A DNA stretch of 64,000 bases, taken from Squalus acanthias. Lineage: Eukaryota. Location of the stretch: assembly GCA_030390025.1 (NCBI GenBank), contig CM059432.1:9982001-10046000 (forward strand), given 5' to 3'. The position numbers and the translations under genes are program-made. The notes below the pieces were generated by a model. It was not told the origin of the DNA. It was given only the letters and a program-made list of their open reading frames with translations, and did no database searches. Shown one piece after another: positions 37,189 to 49,710 of the stretch. Positions within the stretch are counted from its first letter, which is position 1. The number at the start of each line of letters is the position of its first letter.

Positions 37189-37590
37189 GGGCATGGTAGC
37201 ATCGTGGTTATGTTACTGGATTAATAATCCAGCGAGAGGTCTGGACTCATGATCTGATTGAGACATGAGTTCAAAACCCCCTCCCTGCACCCCCACAGCA
37301 GCTGGGGAATTTAAATTCAATTAAATAAAACCTGGAATAAAAAGTTTGGTATCAGTAATGGTGACCATGAATACTACTGGATTGCCATAACAACCCATCT
37401 GGTTCAGTAATTTCCTTTAGGGAAGGAAATCTGCTGTCCTTACCTGGTCTGGCTCCATGTGACTCCAGACCCACAGGTTGACTCTTAATTGCCACTCAGT
37501 TGTATTTAAGAAGGAGGCTTCTTGAGGGCAATTCAGGATGGGCAATAAATGCTGGCCTTGCCAATAACACCCACATACTGTGAATACATT
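37189..37590 (+). mobile_element. tRNA-derived SINE (family of 45651-46045)
   Basis: GGTAGCATCGTGG A box, GAGTTCAAAACC B box, LINE-derived tail. Confidence 0.85.
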
Positions 37591-38200
37591 TAAAAAAATT
37601 CCATTTGTCTTTATATACCCTTTTCTACATGCACACTCACCTTTAGCATCTGTATATTTGCACATCTAGATCTCCCTGTTCCTGCAATCTTTTAAGAATC
37701 TTACCATTTACAGTATATAAAACTCCTTTTAATTCAAAGTTAGTTATTTTCAAATTATTTGATAATCAAGTTTTTTAAAGTATTAATGTCCCAATTTGCT
37801 GTGTTATTTACGTTGCTTAATTCAAAATTATTGGATCAATTTGTTTTTTAGCACAGAGGACAACTTTAAATTATCAAAAGCTCGTTGGATGAAAATATCC
37901 TGTTCTGCTTCCTCAGAACATTTTGAGGTGGGTGGGCCGGGTGAGTGAAGTGAGATTTTTTAAACACATCGAGCGACGTGTCATCGGTAACCATGGTCTC
38001 CTAGCATTTGCCTGGTTGTCTCAGTGATTGGGATGGTTGGCCCAGTGGGCTACATCATCTAATGGCTGGGTGAGTATTCATGGACCTGATGGACTTCTCT
38101 CCTCCTTCTTCCATAGGTTCATACACCAGCCACAAGAGTCTGCTACCACTCCCTAACCCCCCCTCAGACTCTCTCCTGGCGTAGTTTGACACTGTTCAAT

Positions 38201-38965
38201 GGCCCAGAAATTGGAGTTCGATGGTTGCCGCGGGGGTAAGGATCCCCCGCGATATCGCACTCCGCGCCTGCCTTTATGGTTTTGGCCCACACGAACTTCA
38301 GTTCCTGGGCCTCTCCCTGGTGCCGGCGCGCAGTGTGTGCCTGTCCCAGAGGCGCAGTTAGTGCGATGTGACCTCTGGGATCACGTGGGCCAGTTAGAGC
38401 CAATGGCAGCACGCCATCTTTCATTCATAGTTTTGACAGGAAGAGCTGTCAAAACTATGAATACAACAAGCCCCCAAAAGAACAGCTAAACCTCAACTAA
38501 ATTTAAAAAAAAGCCATCACATTAATAAAATAACTATAGTTAAATAAATTAACCACTTTAAACAAAAATTTAAATTTTTGAAAAAATTTAAATTCTTTTT
38601 AAAAGTTATAAAAATAAACTTACCTTTCTTTAAAGTCTCTAAAAAAGATAAACCTGTTGAAAAAAATTTAAAATAATACTTAATTAACTACTTACCTTGT
38701 TAAAAGGGGGTCTTACGCCTGCTTTCTTCATGTGTAAAATCTTCAACACTTACCTGCGCGTTCAAACCTGAAAAAAAAACTATGTGTGCTGCGTGCGCGC
38801 AACCTGTAGTGCGCACGCGGTTCACTTAGGAACCGCCCCCTTCGCAATACCCAAGGTGCCGATTTCCTGCGCATGCGCAGTGCATGCAGGAAACCGGCAC
38901 TTCGGGACCTAATACGCGAGAGTACACAGTGCGTAATCTCCCGTATTAGGTCTAATTTTCGGGCC
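38201..38965. mobile_element. ~765-bp Harbinger-type MITE, copy 2
   Basis: GGCCCAGAAATT...AATTTTCGGGCC; flanks AAT/ATT. Confidence 0.9.
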
Positions 38966-39249
38966 ATTAAGTTTGCCTGCTTTGTGTAAGGCCTTGAACT
39001 TAATTGTATTGACTTTCACATGCCATAGTTCTGCCCACTTACAGATACTGTCCAGATCTTTCCGTACTTTCTCGACTGCTTCATCAGACTCGACTGCCCA
39101 TCCTACTTTATTCCCATCCCTGAATCTGACCAATATACATTGCGTTTCTGAATCCTGGCCATTTGTGTAAATCAGGAAGCGCAAAGACTTGAGCACCAAT
39201 CCATGGGGAGCTCCACTCTGTGCAACTCCCGATCCTGGCTCACCTTCTC

Positions 39250-39385
39250 TTCTGACGAAGGGTCATCGACCTGAAACGTTGACTCTGTTTCTCTCTCCAC
39301 AGATGCTGCCTGACCTGCTGAGTATTTCCAGTATTTTCTGTTTTTATTTCAGATTTCCAGCATCCGCAGTGTTTTGCTTTTGTCT
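39250..39385 (+). mobile_element. PLE family A short pseudo-LTR starting at the hammerhead core
   Basis: CTGACGAAGGGTCATCGACCTGAAACGTTGACT at 39252. Confidence 0.8.
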
Positions 39386-39414
39386 CACCTTTTCTTCCCT
39401 TCGAACCAATTCCT

Positions 39415-39680
39415 TATAGAATAGAATAGCACAGCACTGAAGGAGGCCATTCGGCCCATCAAATCTGCGCCGTCTCTTTCGAGGAGCAACCCAGTTAGTC
39501 CCACTCCCCGACTCTTTCCCCGTTTCCCTGCAACGTTTTTTCCTTCAAGTATTGATCCAATTCCCTTTTGAAGGCTACTATTGAATCTGTATCCACCGCC
39601 CCATCAGGCAGTGCATTCCAAATCCTAACCACTCGCTGCGTAAAAAAGTTTTTCCTCATGTCGCCTCTGGTTATTTTACC
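39415..39680 (-). mobile_element. CR1 3' fragment
   Basis: RKNFFTQRVVRIWNALP. Confidence 0.85.
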
Positions 39681-40173
39681 ACCAGATTTTACCCTCTGCC
39701 TTAAGCACGTATGGCAGCCTTTCATGTGGAACTTTATTGAAGGCTTGCTGCACTTTCAGTATATCACAGGGCTTTCAAGTGTAATTGTCCAAGTGCCAGG
39801 TCTACCCATAGGGCACTCAGTAATGCACTTGCTGAGGCCAGCTAACCAGACTCTGGGTCGGAATCAAATCTTATCAGTGCAACACCACGCAGTGCCACTA
39901 TTGGGGGGGGGGGGGCAAATCTACACGTTTTATATTTAATCAAAATATTAAAACTTTATTTTTGTCCCTTTCAATAATATATCTGAGTAGGTTCAATTTT
40001 TAATAAAAATGATCTGACCGAACCTTCCTTCCATGATAGGCTACATGAGGCTGGTTTCATCTAACGACGGGAGCGCGCAGTCACAACTCTTCAAATTGGC
40101 TCAATTCCAAGATGGCGGACTTGAGATGGGCACAATTCATGTTTTAAGTATTATTTTTAAAGAGTTAGCAGGG

Positions 40174-40814
40174 GGTCTAAATTTAACATTGTCGCGTCCA
40201 TTTTATGGGCCTAAAATGGACGCGACAATGACCAATTTATCAGGTCAGAGGCCCAGGCCCGATCTGCACGGGCATTCGGGCCACTGCTGAACTGGCCAGG
40301 GGCCCTTTTTATTTTTAGGCGTTCCTGGTGGCTGCCTGAAATAAATGCTTCCGACCCGGATTGGTCAATCGCTTTGTCCAAGCTTCAACTGGAAATCTCT
40401 GGCTCCTGAGCGGATGAAACCCCGACGGTTCTTAAATGGGCCGCCGGAGGCTGCTGGGAAAAGGCTTAAAATTCTTTTGAACATTTTTAGTGTTTTTTGT
40501 GGAAATTGGAAGGAGCACGAGGTTCTCCCCCCCTGGTTCCACAAAACAACCGTGGGCTGCTGCCAACCCACCCTTGTCTCTAGCCCCCCCCACCCCCCAC
40601 CCCTCAATCACCTCACACCACCCCCCACCCACCCCATTGCACCCCTCCCCATGGACTTAACTCTGGGCCTCAGCATGATTGGCGCCCACAGATCGCCTGA
40701 TTTATTCTGCTGAGGTTCCAAGGATGAATTTACCTCAGACCTCGGTCCGCTCCGTTCCAACGTGTTGTCGGAATCGCTCCCCGGTTTTTTTTGGGACGCG
40801 AAGCAATTTAGGCC
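40174..40814. mobile_element. Degraded Harbinger-type MITE
   Basis: GGTCTAAATT...AATTTAGGCC termini with subterminal CGCGTCC/GGACGCG. Confidence 0.45.
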
Positions 40815-41989
40815 ACGGAGCGTTTCAACTAGTGTTTAGTGTGGCTTGTGCCTCTGCATTGTTCATGGGAAACTTAAAATGTCAGCAGTTCTACTAACCA
40901 CTGAACCGTGGCAGGATAACTCCTCTCAATTAATAATTGCATTTTAATTCAAACAGCGCATAACTGCTATAAATAGAAATGCTAAGGGAGGGTGGGCAGG
41001 GCAATTTGATTTTATTTCAGCAAGTATCGCAGTCCTCATTTAAGTCATTGAGATGCCCTACTTGTCGAAATAAATCAGGATTTACAGTGTAGCTTTGAAT
41101 TATGCTACTAGTCAGTCAACCATGAAATATCGGTGGCCTTACTACCTCAGAGAATGCACTATTGAGCTTATATATTCAGTGGAAACACCCTGCCTAATGG
41201 CGAGACCATATGCCCAAAACCCTCTGAAGTAAACCAATGTTAATACAAGCCAATGTGGTAATTAAGATAGGAAAAGACTAAAATAAGCAGCACAGGCTCC
41301 GTAGCACCTGGGGGACAGAGAATAATGGTATGACTCAAAATGGATCAAAAGCGTTTGGTTAGTATATAATTAGTGGGGAAAAGTTGCTTTATTAAAATGC
41401 ATAACAAACACCAGTCAGCATGTCCCTGAACCCCTCATTATTAATTCTAATATCATGCATTGCTTTGCTTTACAGCCTCTCCCTCAAGATAAAGCTGAAT
41501 TCTAATTGCACTCCACACACTGTTCCCAGGTGGTAGGTTTTGAAGGACAGGTGCCTCTAGGGCATGTCTAAATCCTGCAACTTTTGGCTTAAGATTTGCG
41601 CGCAGAAATAAAATGGAAGAAAAGTTGTGAATTTGCAAAGGAACTTACAAAGCTACTTAAGAACACCAATTTGCATAACCCCCCACCTCCCCCCCCCCCC
41701 CCACCTCCCCAGAACACAACGAGCTAGCGTGACAAATAGCGGAATCATCATTTCAGCGACGATCAGGTCTCATTTGCATGATGCTAAATTATGCCAAACG
41801 TTTCACATTATGGTCGCATTGTAAGCAGATTGCAATTAAGCAGTTTCACTGAGGCAATCTACATCGGTTTATTTAATTACTTCGGAAATTTAAGGCTCTT
41901 ACAAGCTGAATGTCGTATGTGTAAACTCAATTGAGGAGAGCCATCGCTCTTCCTCTTCTCTTTCTCTTTCAAGGAGGCTTGAGATTTTT

Positions 41990-42646
41990 TTCATTCGTTT
42001 ATGGGATGTGGGCGTCGCTGGCAAGGCCAGCATTTATTGCCCATCCCTAATTGCCCTTGAGAAGGTGGCGGTGAGCCGCCTTCTTGAACTGCTGTAGTCC
42101 GTGTGGTGAAGGTACTCCCACAGTGCTGTTAGGGAGGGAGTTCCAGGATTTTGACCCAGCGACGATGAAGGAACGGCGATATATTTCCAAGTCAGGGTGG
42201 TGTGTGACTTGGAGGGGAACTTGGAGGTGGTGGTGTTCCCATGCACCTACTGCCCTTGTCCTTCTGGGTGGAAGAGGTCGCGGGTTTGGGAGGTGCTGCC
42301 GAAGAAGCCTTGGCGAGTTGCTGCAGTGCATCTTGTAGATGGTACACACCGCAGCCACGGTACGCCGGTGGTGGAGGGAGTGAATGTTTAAGGTGGTGGA
42401 TGGGGTGCCAATCAAGCAGGGCTGCTTTGTCCTGGATGGTGTCGAGCTTCTTGAGTGTTGTTGGAGCTGCACTCACTCAGGCAAGTGGAGAGTATTCCAT
42501 CACACTCCTTACTTGTGCCTTGTAGGTGGTGGAAAGGCTTTGGGGAGTCAGGAGGTGAGACACTCGCCACAGAATACCCAGCCTCTGACCTGCTCTTGTT
42601 GCCACGGTATTTATGTGGCTGGTCCAGTTAAGTTTCTGGTCAATGG
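41990..42646 (-). mobile_element. CR1/L2-superfamily LINE 3' end (partner of the 45651 SINE family)
   Basis: MSAAPTTLKKLDTIQDKA..IHSLHHRRTVAAVCTIYKMHC..RRSFIVAGSKSWNSLP. Confidence 0.85.
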
Positions 42647-42864
42647 TGAGTGGAGCATAAGCTCTGGCATGGACTGGTTGGGCCGAATGGCCTGTTTCTG
42701 TGCTGTGTATTCCATGTAATTTCTCTCTGCCCCACCCACCCTAATTGTTTCTTCTTTCCAATTCTCTCTCTCTTCCATTTTATTTGCTTTGCAATTTTTT
42801 TCTATCTGATCTAATTTTTTTTTACGAACCATATTCTGAAAATGAACCTAACTTTATAAAAATG

Positions 42865-43165
42865 ACTTACATTTCCTTACAACATCTTTTCCACGTCTCT
42901 CAGAAATGTCTCCAAAGCAGTTCACGTACTTTCGAGTGCAGTGACATGTTGGTAAATGCCAGCCGTTTTGCAACAGCAATATTTCTCAAATAACACTCAG
43001 ATGAATTACCAGTTGGTCTGTTTTTGGGTGGCGTTGGCTGAGGGAGAAACATTGGTCAAGATGCCAGAGGAGGCACCTGTACTTCTTCAGAACAGCACCA
43101 TGGGGAGGGTCTTTCACATCCACCTGAACCGGTGGACAATGCAGACAAGGCTCAGTTTCGAACTC
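42865..43165 (-). mobile_element. Degraded DeuSINE
   Basis: Weak homology to 29760-30040. Confidence 0.55.
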
Positions 43166-43244
43166 CCAAGGTAGTTGGAATTGTGAACTCGCTCTATGAT
43201 TTTGTTATTCACAGTGGTGGAAATCGGAGGACTTCTGACTCTGA

Positions 43245-43972
43245 GGGCTGGATTTTCATTGACCCGTGGAGGCGGGTTTGAGGCGTGTGGGGGGTTAAAA
43301 TTGCGAAAAGTGGCGGGCGGGCACAAGTCTGCCTCCATCCCGCCTCCACGCAATTTTCATTAAATCGTGTCTGCTGGTCCTGACTCCGTCCCGCCTCTAA
43401 GAGACGGGATAGGCTGTTAAGGCCCTTAACAAGCACTAAATTGGCTCTATAATGCCATTTTGAAAGGCCTTTGTGATTTTAACCCTTGTTCTACGTGAAG
43501 CACGCCTCTTCTGAACCACGATTGTGAAACCTGGCGGGAGCACATTTGGATAGCTGACTATCAGCTGCAGGTCCACTATTACAACGGAGTAGTAGTAGTA
43601 GTAGGAAAAATATCTGGGAGCAGACCTAGGGCTGCTGCTGCTGCTCATTTTGCCTTCAGGTTCTCTCACACCAAAGGCTCTCTCTCTCTCTCTCTCTCTC
43701 TCTCAGGGCTGCTGCTCATTTTGCATCCAGGTCCTCTCACAGCAAAGGCCAGGCAGTCTCTGAAGACCTTCAATGCAGCAGCAATGATGACATCATCAGA
43801 GGTGACTTCCAGACTGAAAACACTAATTGGTTCATAGGTTCCCACATGCTGGAACTCAATTGCCCAATTAGGTGAAAATCGCATCAATCTCCCACATCCA
43901 ATTGCAGTCAGGTGGATAACACGAAAAGCGGATGACACGACCCCAACCCGCCCCAGTATCAAAATCCAGCCC
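43245..43972. mobile_element. PIF/Harbinger-type MITE
   Basis: Perfect 12-bp TIR GGGCTGGATTTT / AAAATCCAGCCC; TGA TSD; internal (CT)n and duplicated block. Confidence 0.9.
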
Positions 43973-44271
43973 TGAAGTTCTGCACTTTGGTTTTCTACCA
44001 GTTGAGCTCAAGACCTGAGTGATTCAGCCTCGTCTTAATCATTCAACTTGTTTCCTCTTCAGAGTACAACAGACCACCCAACCTGGACACCCGTTTTGGG
44101 TGATCAGCTGCCGGACGAAATGTTAGTGACCTCCTGTTGTAGCTCCCGGGCAAGCTACCCTTGCGTGTCCCATTGACTTTCTGCCTGAGAGTCAGAATTC
44201 TGACCCTAGGGGGCAGCTCCACAGAAATTCCCAGCCAAAAAGTACTTTGCTCCAAGGACTGTAGCATCATA

Positions 44272-45511
44272 GGGGGTTATTTTGGTGAAAGGGTGAAAAT
44301 AAATGGGTGCTTGCGCTGATAAGACACGCATGTTTGGAAGTTTGGTTTTAGCACGCAATTCTGGTCCGAATGGAGGCTGAGTCATTGAATATATTCAAGG
44401 CGGAGATTGACAGACATTTGAACTACAAGGGAGTCAAGGGGTATGGGGAGAGAGCGGGAAAGTGGAGTTGAGGCCAAGATTGGATCAGCCACGATCTTAT
44501 TGAATGGCGGAGCAGGCTCGAGGGGCCGATTGGCCTACTCCTGCTCCTGTTTCTTATGTTCTAATTGCTGATTACGATATTTTGAACTTGCCTGGGGGCG
44601 CTAAAACAGAGATACCTGCAGGTTCAGCACTCAAGCGCTGATAAGAAACAATTTTTGTGGAGCAGTATATGTGGGCTCCACGTACCCACTTCCACTGAAG
44701 GTGTGGAGTGGGCTGGCTGACACACATCGGCAGGTTTCAGGATGGCTCAGGGACCGAGGGAGAGGGCGCACAGGCTCTCGAACACAGCACTGGATGTCCT
44801 GGTGGAGGAGGTCCAGAGGAGGAGGGATGTCCTGTGCCCGCAGGGTGGAAGGACGCCACCTCACCCTCCTGTCCCTCTCTCCTGCAGCAGCTGGTGCTGC
44901 TCTGCCTGGCCTCATGTCCTCCTCCCATTCCTCATCCAGACCAAGGGGGGGACCCCGAGCAAGATACCCAAGACCAAGCATTCACTTTCTCCTGGTGACT
45001 CCCATAAAGTCTCCAATAAGGTAGAGTAGCACAGCGCTCACTCCTTTCAGGTGAAGTCCTCAGAGAATTTCCTGAATAAATGTTGATAGAGTGTTCGTGA
45101 AGTCTTGGCAAAATGTCCCAGAAAATTTCCCGATGTGTTTCAAAAGTCCTCTTCAAACTCCAGCAGCAAGTGAACAGTAAGAGGTGATATACCTTTAAGT
45201 AGCGCTCGAAATGGTCTGTAACGACTAGTTTACTCCCCATCAGCTGGTCGCTGTTAGGAGAGGGCGTTAGGTCAAGCGTTATCCACCAAAATGGCGTGCA
45301 GCCTTGCTGCTGAGCGCTAGCGGGCAATTTAAGTGGCAATCAGCCCCTCAACGATCCTCTGGGCGGCCGTTCCGAGCGCAAGCTTCAACTTCTGTACCAA
45401 GATGGCGTCTTGCGCTGAACGCGGGCTAAACCGGCGCTTCAGCTCAAGACCCCATCTTGGCCACCTCGGAGGCTCTTTAGTGCCTGAAGGAGCCGTCGAA
45501 AATTGCCCCCC
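44272..45511 (+). mobile_element. Harbinger deletion derivative with Myb/SANT-like N-terminal remnant; nested CR1 tail ~44370-44562
   Basis: GGGGGTTATTTT...AAAATTGCCCCCC, ATA TSD; MAQGPRERAHRLSNTALDVLVEEVQRRRDVLCP at 44742. Confidence 0.75.
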
Positions 45512-45650
45512 ATAGAATCATACAGCACAGAAGGAGGCCACTCAGCCCATCGCGCCAGTGCTGGCACCAATGTCCACCCTTGTATTATACGGGTGGACTG
45601 TATCCACTGATTTTAAAACCATATTAAATGGTTTTATGATCCATTCTTGA

Positions 45651-46045
45651 GGGGTACGGTAGCATAGTGGTTATGTTCCTCGACTAGTAATCCAGAGGCC
45701 TGGACTAATGCGCCGGAGACACGAGTTCATAATCCCACCACAGCAGCTGGGGAATTTCAATTCAGTTGATTAAGTAAATCTGGAATAAAAAGCTAGTATC
45801 AGTAATGGTGACCATGAAGCTACCGGATTGCTGTAAAAACCCAACTGGTTCATTAATATCCTTTAGGGAAGGAAATCTGCCGTCCTTACCCGGTCTGGCC
45901 TACATGTGACTCCAAACCCACAGCAATGTGGTTGACTCTTAACTGCCCCTCTGAAATGGCCCAGCAAGTCACTCAGTTAAGGGCAATTAGGGATGGACAA
46001 TAAATGCTGGCCTTGCCAGCGACGTCCACATCCCAGGAATAATTT
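45651..46045 (+). mobile_element. tRNA-derived SINE, full length
   Basis: GGTAGCATAGTGG A box, GAGTTCATAATCC B-box-like; 3' ~60 nt shared with the LINE at 41990-42060. Confidence 0.9.
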
Positions 46046-46964
46046 TTTTACAATGCACCCAGTTATAAGTTTATCTTGAATATAATAAACCCTCGTAGCC
46101 GCAACACAGGTGTAAACTGAATCCACTAATTTTAATAAACTTGCAAATATTAGGAACACCTTTGTTTCAGTGGAATACAGTACACCTGCTGTATCCTTCT
46201 TGGGAAAGGTAAACTGCAGACAGCAAATAGCAGATGGTGACCCACGTACAAGTAATCAATATGTTGACTGTAAAATTATACTTCAAGTACTTGCAGCCCA
46301 GCACAAGTCTCAATCAAAGGCCAACAGCATTTCTCCGAGGCTCACTGCCAGTCCTTCGAATGATTTCCGACTGCGTTCTGACACTTCTCTTCCTACAATG
46401 CTATCTGATCATCTCCATGACAACAATTCACCAAACCGGCAGTATGCGGCATTCTCAATTGTCTGTTTAGAGGAATGATTTAATTGCAAGTGAGACGTTT
46501 CAGGGAGTTGGTGAAAAATTAAAGAGAGGCATTTCTTTGCACGCCTGTGATTGGAAAATTATTACCTGGTGAAATCTAAGAAAGAAATTGTATATTGGAG
46601 GGTCTCTTTTTTTCTGTCTCGGGTCAAACAGTTCAAATTCACTTTATTTATGTTCATTGTGAGTTCAATCATCATGTTTCGAAAACGAAGTCAGTGTGTA
46701 GATCAAAGGTAGGATCTTTTGTTCGAAGAGGAGAAACCTTTTCTTTATCCAAAGGGAAATGGATCAACCTACTAGGTTCTTCTGGACGAACTGTGGGTGT
46801 CGGCGTGCCGAAGCAGTGGTAGGATATGGGTTTACGCCCATGATGACTTACAACAGATGGCAAACCCCTGCAATTAGCCCCGTGCTAGCCCAAAGCTGGT
46901 AGAGGAGATGGGGGAATCTGGGGGTACAGATACACAAATCACTAAAAGGAACGGTGCTGGTTAC

Positions 46965-47210
46965 TGTGTCAGCCGTGGCTCGGTGGGTAGCGCTGTCGCC
47001 TCTGCGTTAGAAGCTGCTGGGTTCATAGCCCCACTCCAGAGAGTTGAGCACAAAAAAATCTACGCTGACACTCCAGGGCAGTACTGAGGGAGCGCTGCAC
47101 TGTCAGAGGTGCCGTCTTTCAGATGAGATGTTAAACCGAGGCCCCGTCTGCTCTCTCAGAAGGACGTAAAAGATCCCGCGGCCACTATTTTCGAAGAAGA
47201 GCAGGGGAGT
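46965..47210 (+). mobile_element. DeuSINE 5' half
   Basis: GTGTCAGCCGTGGCTCGGTGGGTAGC head plus Deu-type core. Confidence 0.85.
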
Positions 47211-48189
47211 GCCAGTTCTCAAATGAGGTGCAGATACCAACATCTCACAGGACAGACACTTGCAGGACTGTAAATGGTCGTGTAAATTAATAACGAATGA
47301 CCTTAACATGGTAATGTTGATAGATTGCCAATTTAAGATTGGCTACCAACCACATCTTGGGAGTAGTGATTAATTCTCTCGGAAATGAAAAGCAGAGGTC
47401 ATGAAAAGTTGGGTCAAGTAGTCTAATTTCCTGAGACAAGTAACAGGCTGCAAATCAACAGAAAGGCACCGAAGGGTGGATTTTCTGATCAAGCTCACCC
47501 AAGTTGAGCAGGTAAATCGGGCGACGCCAATTGCCAACTGCAGCGGAAGGTTTAGGACGGGTGACAGGAAGGGTTGCTCGACATACAGGGTGATCGACAG
47601 CTGGAATGGGTGGCCATGAAGGGTGGTCGAGGCCTTGGACTGATGGAAGAAACAGCTGCAATTGGAAGATGATCGGGTCAGTATTCCGGGCGGAGCAGAT
47701 CAATCGAGCCATCGAGCCATTTCCAGCCAAGCCTCTCGGTGATCTGTTGTCCAGTTGACCTGAACGTGGTAACGCAGAGAGGCAGTCAGCTGAAGATTGG
47801 CCACCAGCCACCCTTGGGGAGCAGTGATCGCTTCTCTTGGAACTTGTAAACATATAAAAGTCTGGCATTTCCTTTGATTAAGCTGAGCTAAAGCATCATT
47901 ATACATGGCCGAGTCACTAATGTGAATGGTTTAATGACTTACAGTGTTTAGCAGGCATTGTATGAATGTGAGTGAATGCAGCATGCGGTTTAATTAGAGG
48001 CTGTTTATGCAAATTTATTAAAATTTCTAGTGGCGTCTCCAGCCAATCAAGCCTGTATTAGCTGTGCACTGGAGCAAGGCACAGATTCCATTTTAAGGTA
48101 ATAACATTTTAATTCCTCAAAAATAAATGTTACCACCTCGATCATCTGCTGAGGGGTTCCATATTCACCTCATCATCCGCGGTAATGCT

Positions 48190-48575
48190 ACAACAACAAT
48201 AATTTGCATTTATATAGCACCTTTAACGTAGTAAAACGTCCCAGGGGGCTTCACAGGAGCGATATTATCAAATCAAATTTGACACCGAGCCACATAAGGA
48301 GATATTAGGACAGGTGACCAAAAGCTTGGTCAAAGAGATAGGTTTTAAGGAGCAACTTATAGGAGGAGAGAGGGTAGCGAGGTGGAGAGGTTTAGGAAGG
48401 GAATTCCAAATCTTAGGGCCCAGGCAGCTGATTGCACAGCCGTCAATAGTGGAGCGATGAAAATCGGGGATGCGCAAGAGGTCAGAATTGAAGGAGCGCA
48501 GAGATCTCGGAGGGTTGTTGGGCTTGAGCAGATTACAGAGATAGGGAGGGGCGAGACCATGGAGGGATTTGAAAA
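48190..48575 (-). mobile_element. L2-type LINE 3' end
   Basis: VFKSLHGLAPPYL..GPKIWNSLP. Confidence 0.9.
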
Positions 48576-48677
48576 CATAACACATGCTGACAAATAATTA
48601 ACTTTTAATCAGAAATTAACTTTGATTTAAGATACAAAAAAGTCTGAATTTATGTTCTTTGCAAGTTAACCATATTA

Positions 48678-49102
48678 CAGGAAACTTTCGTTTATCCGGC
48701 ACCCAAATATCCGGAATTCTCGCTTAACCGGCAAAAATCATCCTCCGAAAACTCCTCTCAAATAACCGGCAATGTTGCCGAGTTGCAGTCGAGTCTCCGC
48801 GAACGCCGAGTGCTCCGAAAAATCCTCTCAAATAACCGGCAATGTTGCCGATCCCGAGTCCGAGTCCGAGTCCGCGAACGCCGATTTAGTCAGTCGGGGT
48901 ACTTTTCAAAAGTGCCACTACTCGGCCTCCTGGCGCTGTCGCAAGTCCGAAACATTGCAGTAGCAGGAGTAGATTCTCCCGCGCTGCTTGGAGTCTCTTT
49001 GTTAAAAGTAGCCTCAGTAGATATAACTCTCTGTTATCCGGTACTTTCAATAAACCGGCACCACGCCGGTCCCGTCGATACCGGATAAACGAAAGTTTCC
49101 TG
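48678..49102. mobile_element. Tc1/mariner(pogo)-type MITE, relative of 23579-24010 in opposite orientation
   Basis: TIR CAGGAAACTTTCGTTTATCCGG / CCGGATAAACGAAAGTTTCCTG; TA TSD. Confidence 0.9.
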
Positions 49103-49354
49103 TAATCTATGGTTAAAAACTAAATCCTGAAAGATGCCCGCACTCTAATCTAGTTTTTCTTTAGATGTAAATTGTGAAAATTGTTTTACTTAACGGGCCC
49201 CACTAATTTTTTTCCACCCCGATAAATTAAAATCTATGTTTGTTTTTCTGGTCTATTCGTATTACCATAGATATGTGCTCCAAGGATGGAGCTTCGCTCA
49301 TTAAAATTGCATTTCATACAATTGGGTACATTCCCCATGAACTTCCCTCTGTTA

Positions 49355-49710
49355 ATCATAGATCCATAGAATCATAAAGCACAGAATTCCAGATCATAAT
49401 AACTTGCTGTGTAAATTTTTTCCCCTCATGTTGCCACTGGTTCTTTTGCCAATTACTTTAAATCTGTATCCTTTGGTTACCAACCCTTCTGCCACTGGAA
49501 ACTGTTTCTCCTTATTTACCCGATCATAATTCTTCAAGATTTTGAACACCTCTATCAAATCTTCCCTTAACCGTCTCTGCTCTAAGGAGAACAACCCCAG
49601 TTTCTCCAGTCTCTCCACATAACTGAAGTCTTTCATCCCTGGTACCATTCTAGTAAATCTCTTCTGCACCCTCTCCAATGTCTTGATATCCTTCCTAAAG
49701 TGCGGTGCCC
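49355..49710 (-). mobile_element. CR1 3' fragment
   Basis: ERVQKRFTRMVPGMKDFSYVERLEKLGLFSLEQRRL. Confidence 0.9.

Noticed and set aside
46672..46895. Stop-codon readthrough at the minus-strand TAG (46885-46887)
   Set aside because: The upstream 'acceptor' lies at the edge of a CR1 fragment, so the exon model is unsupported.
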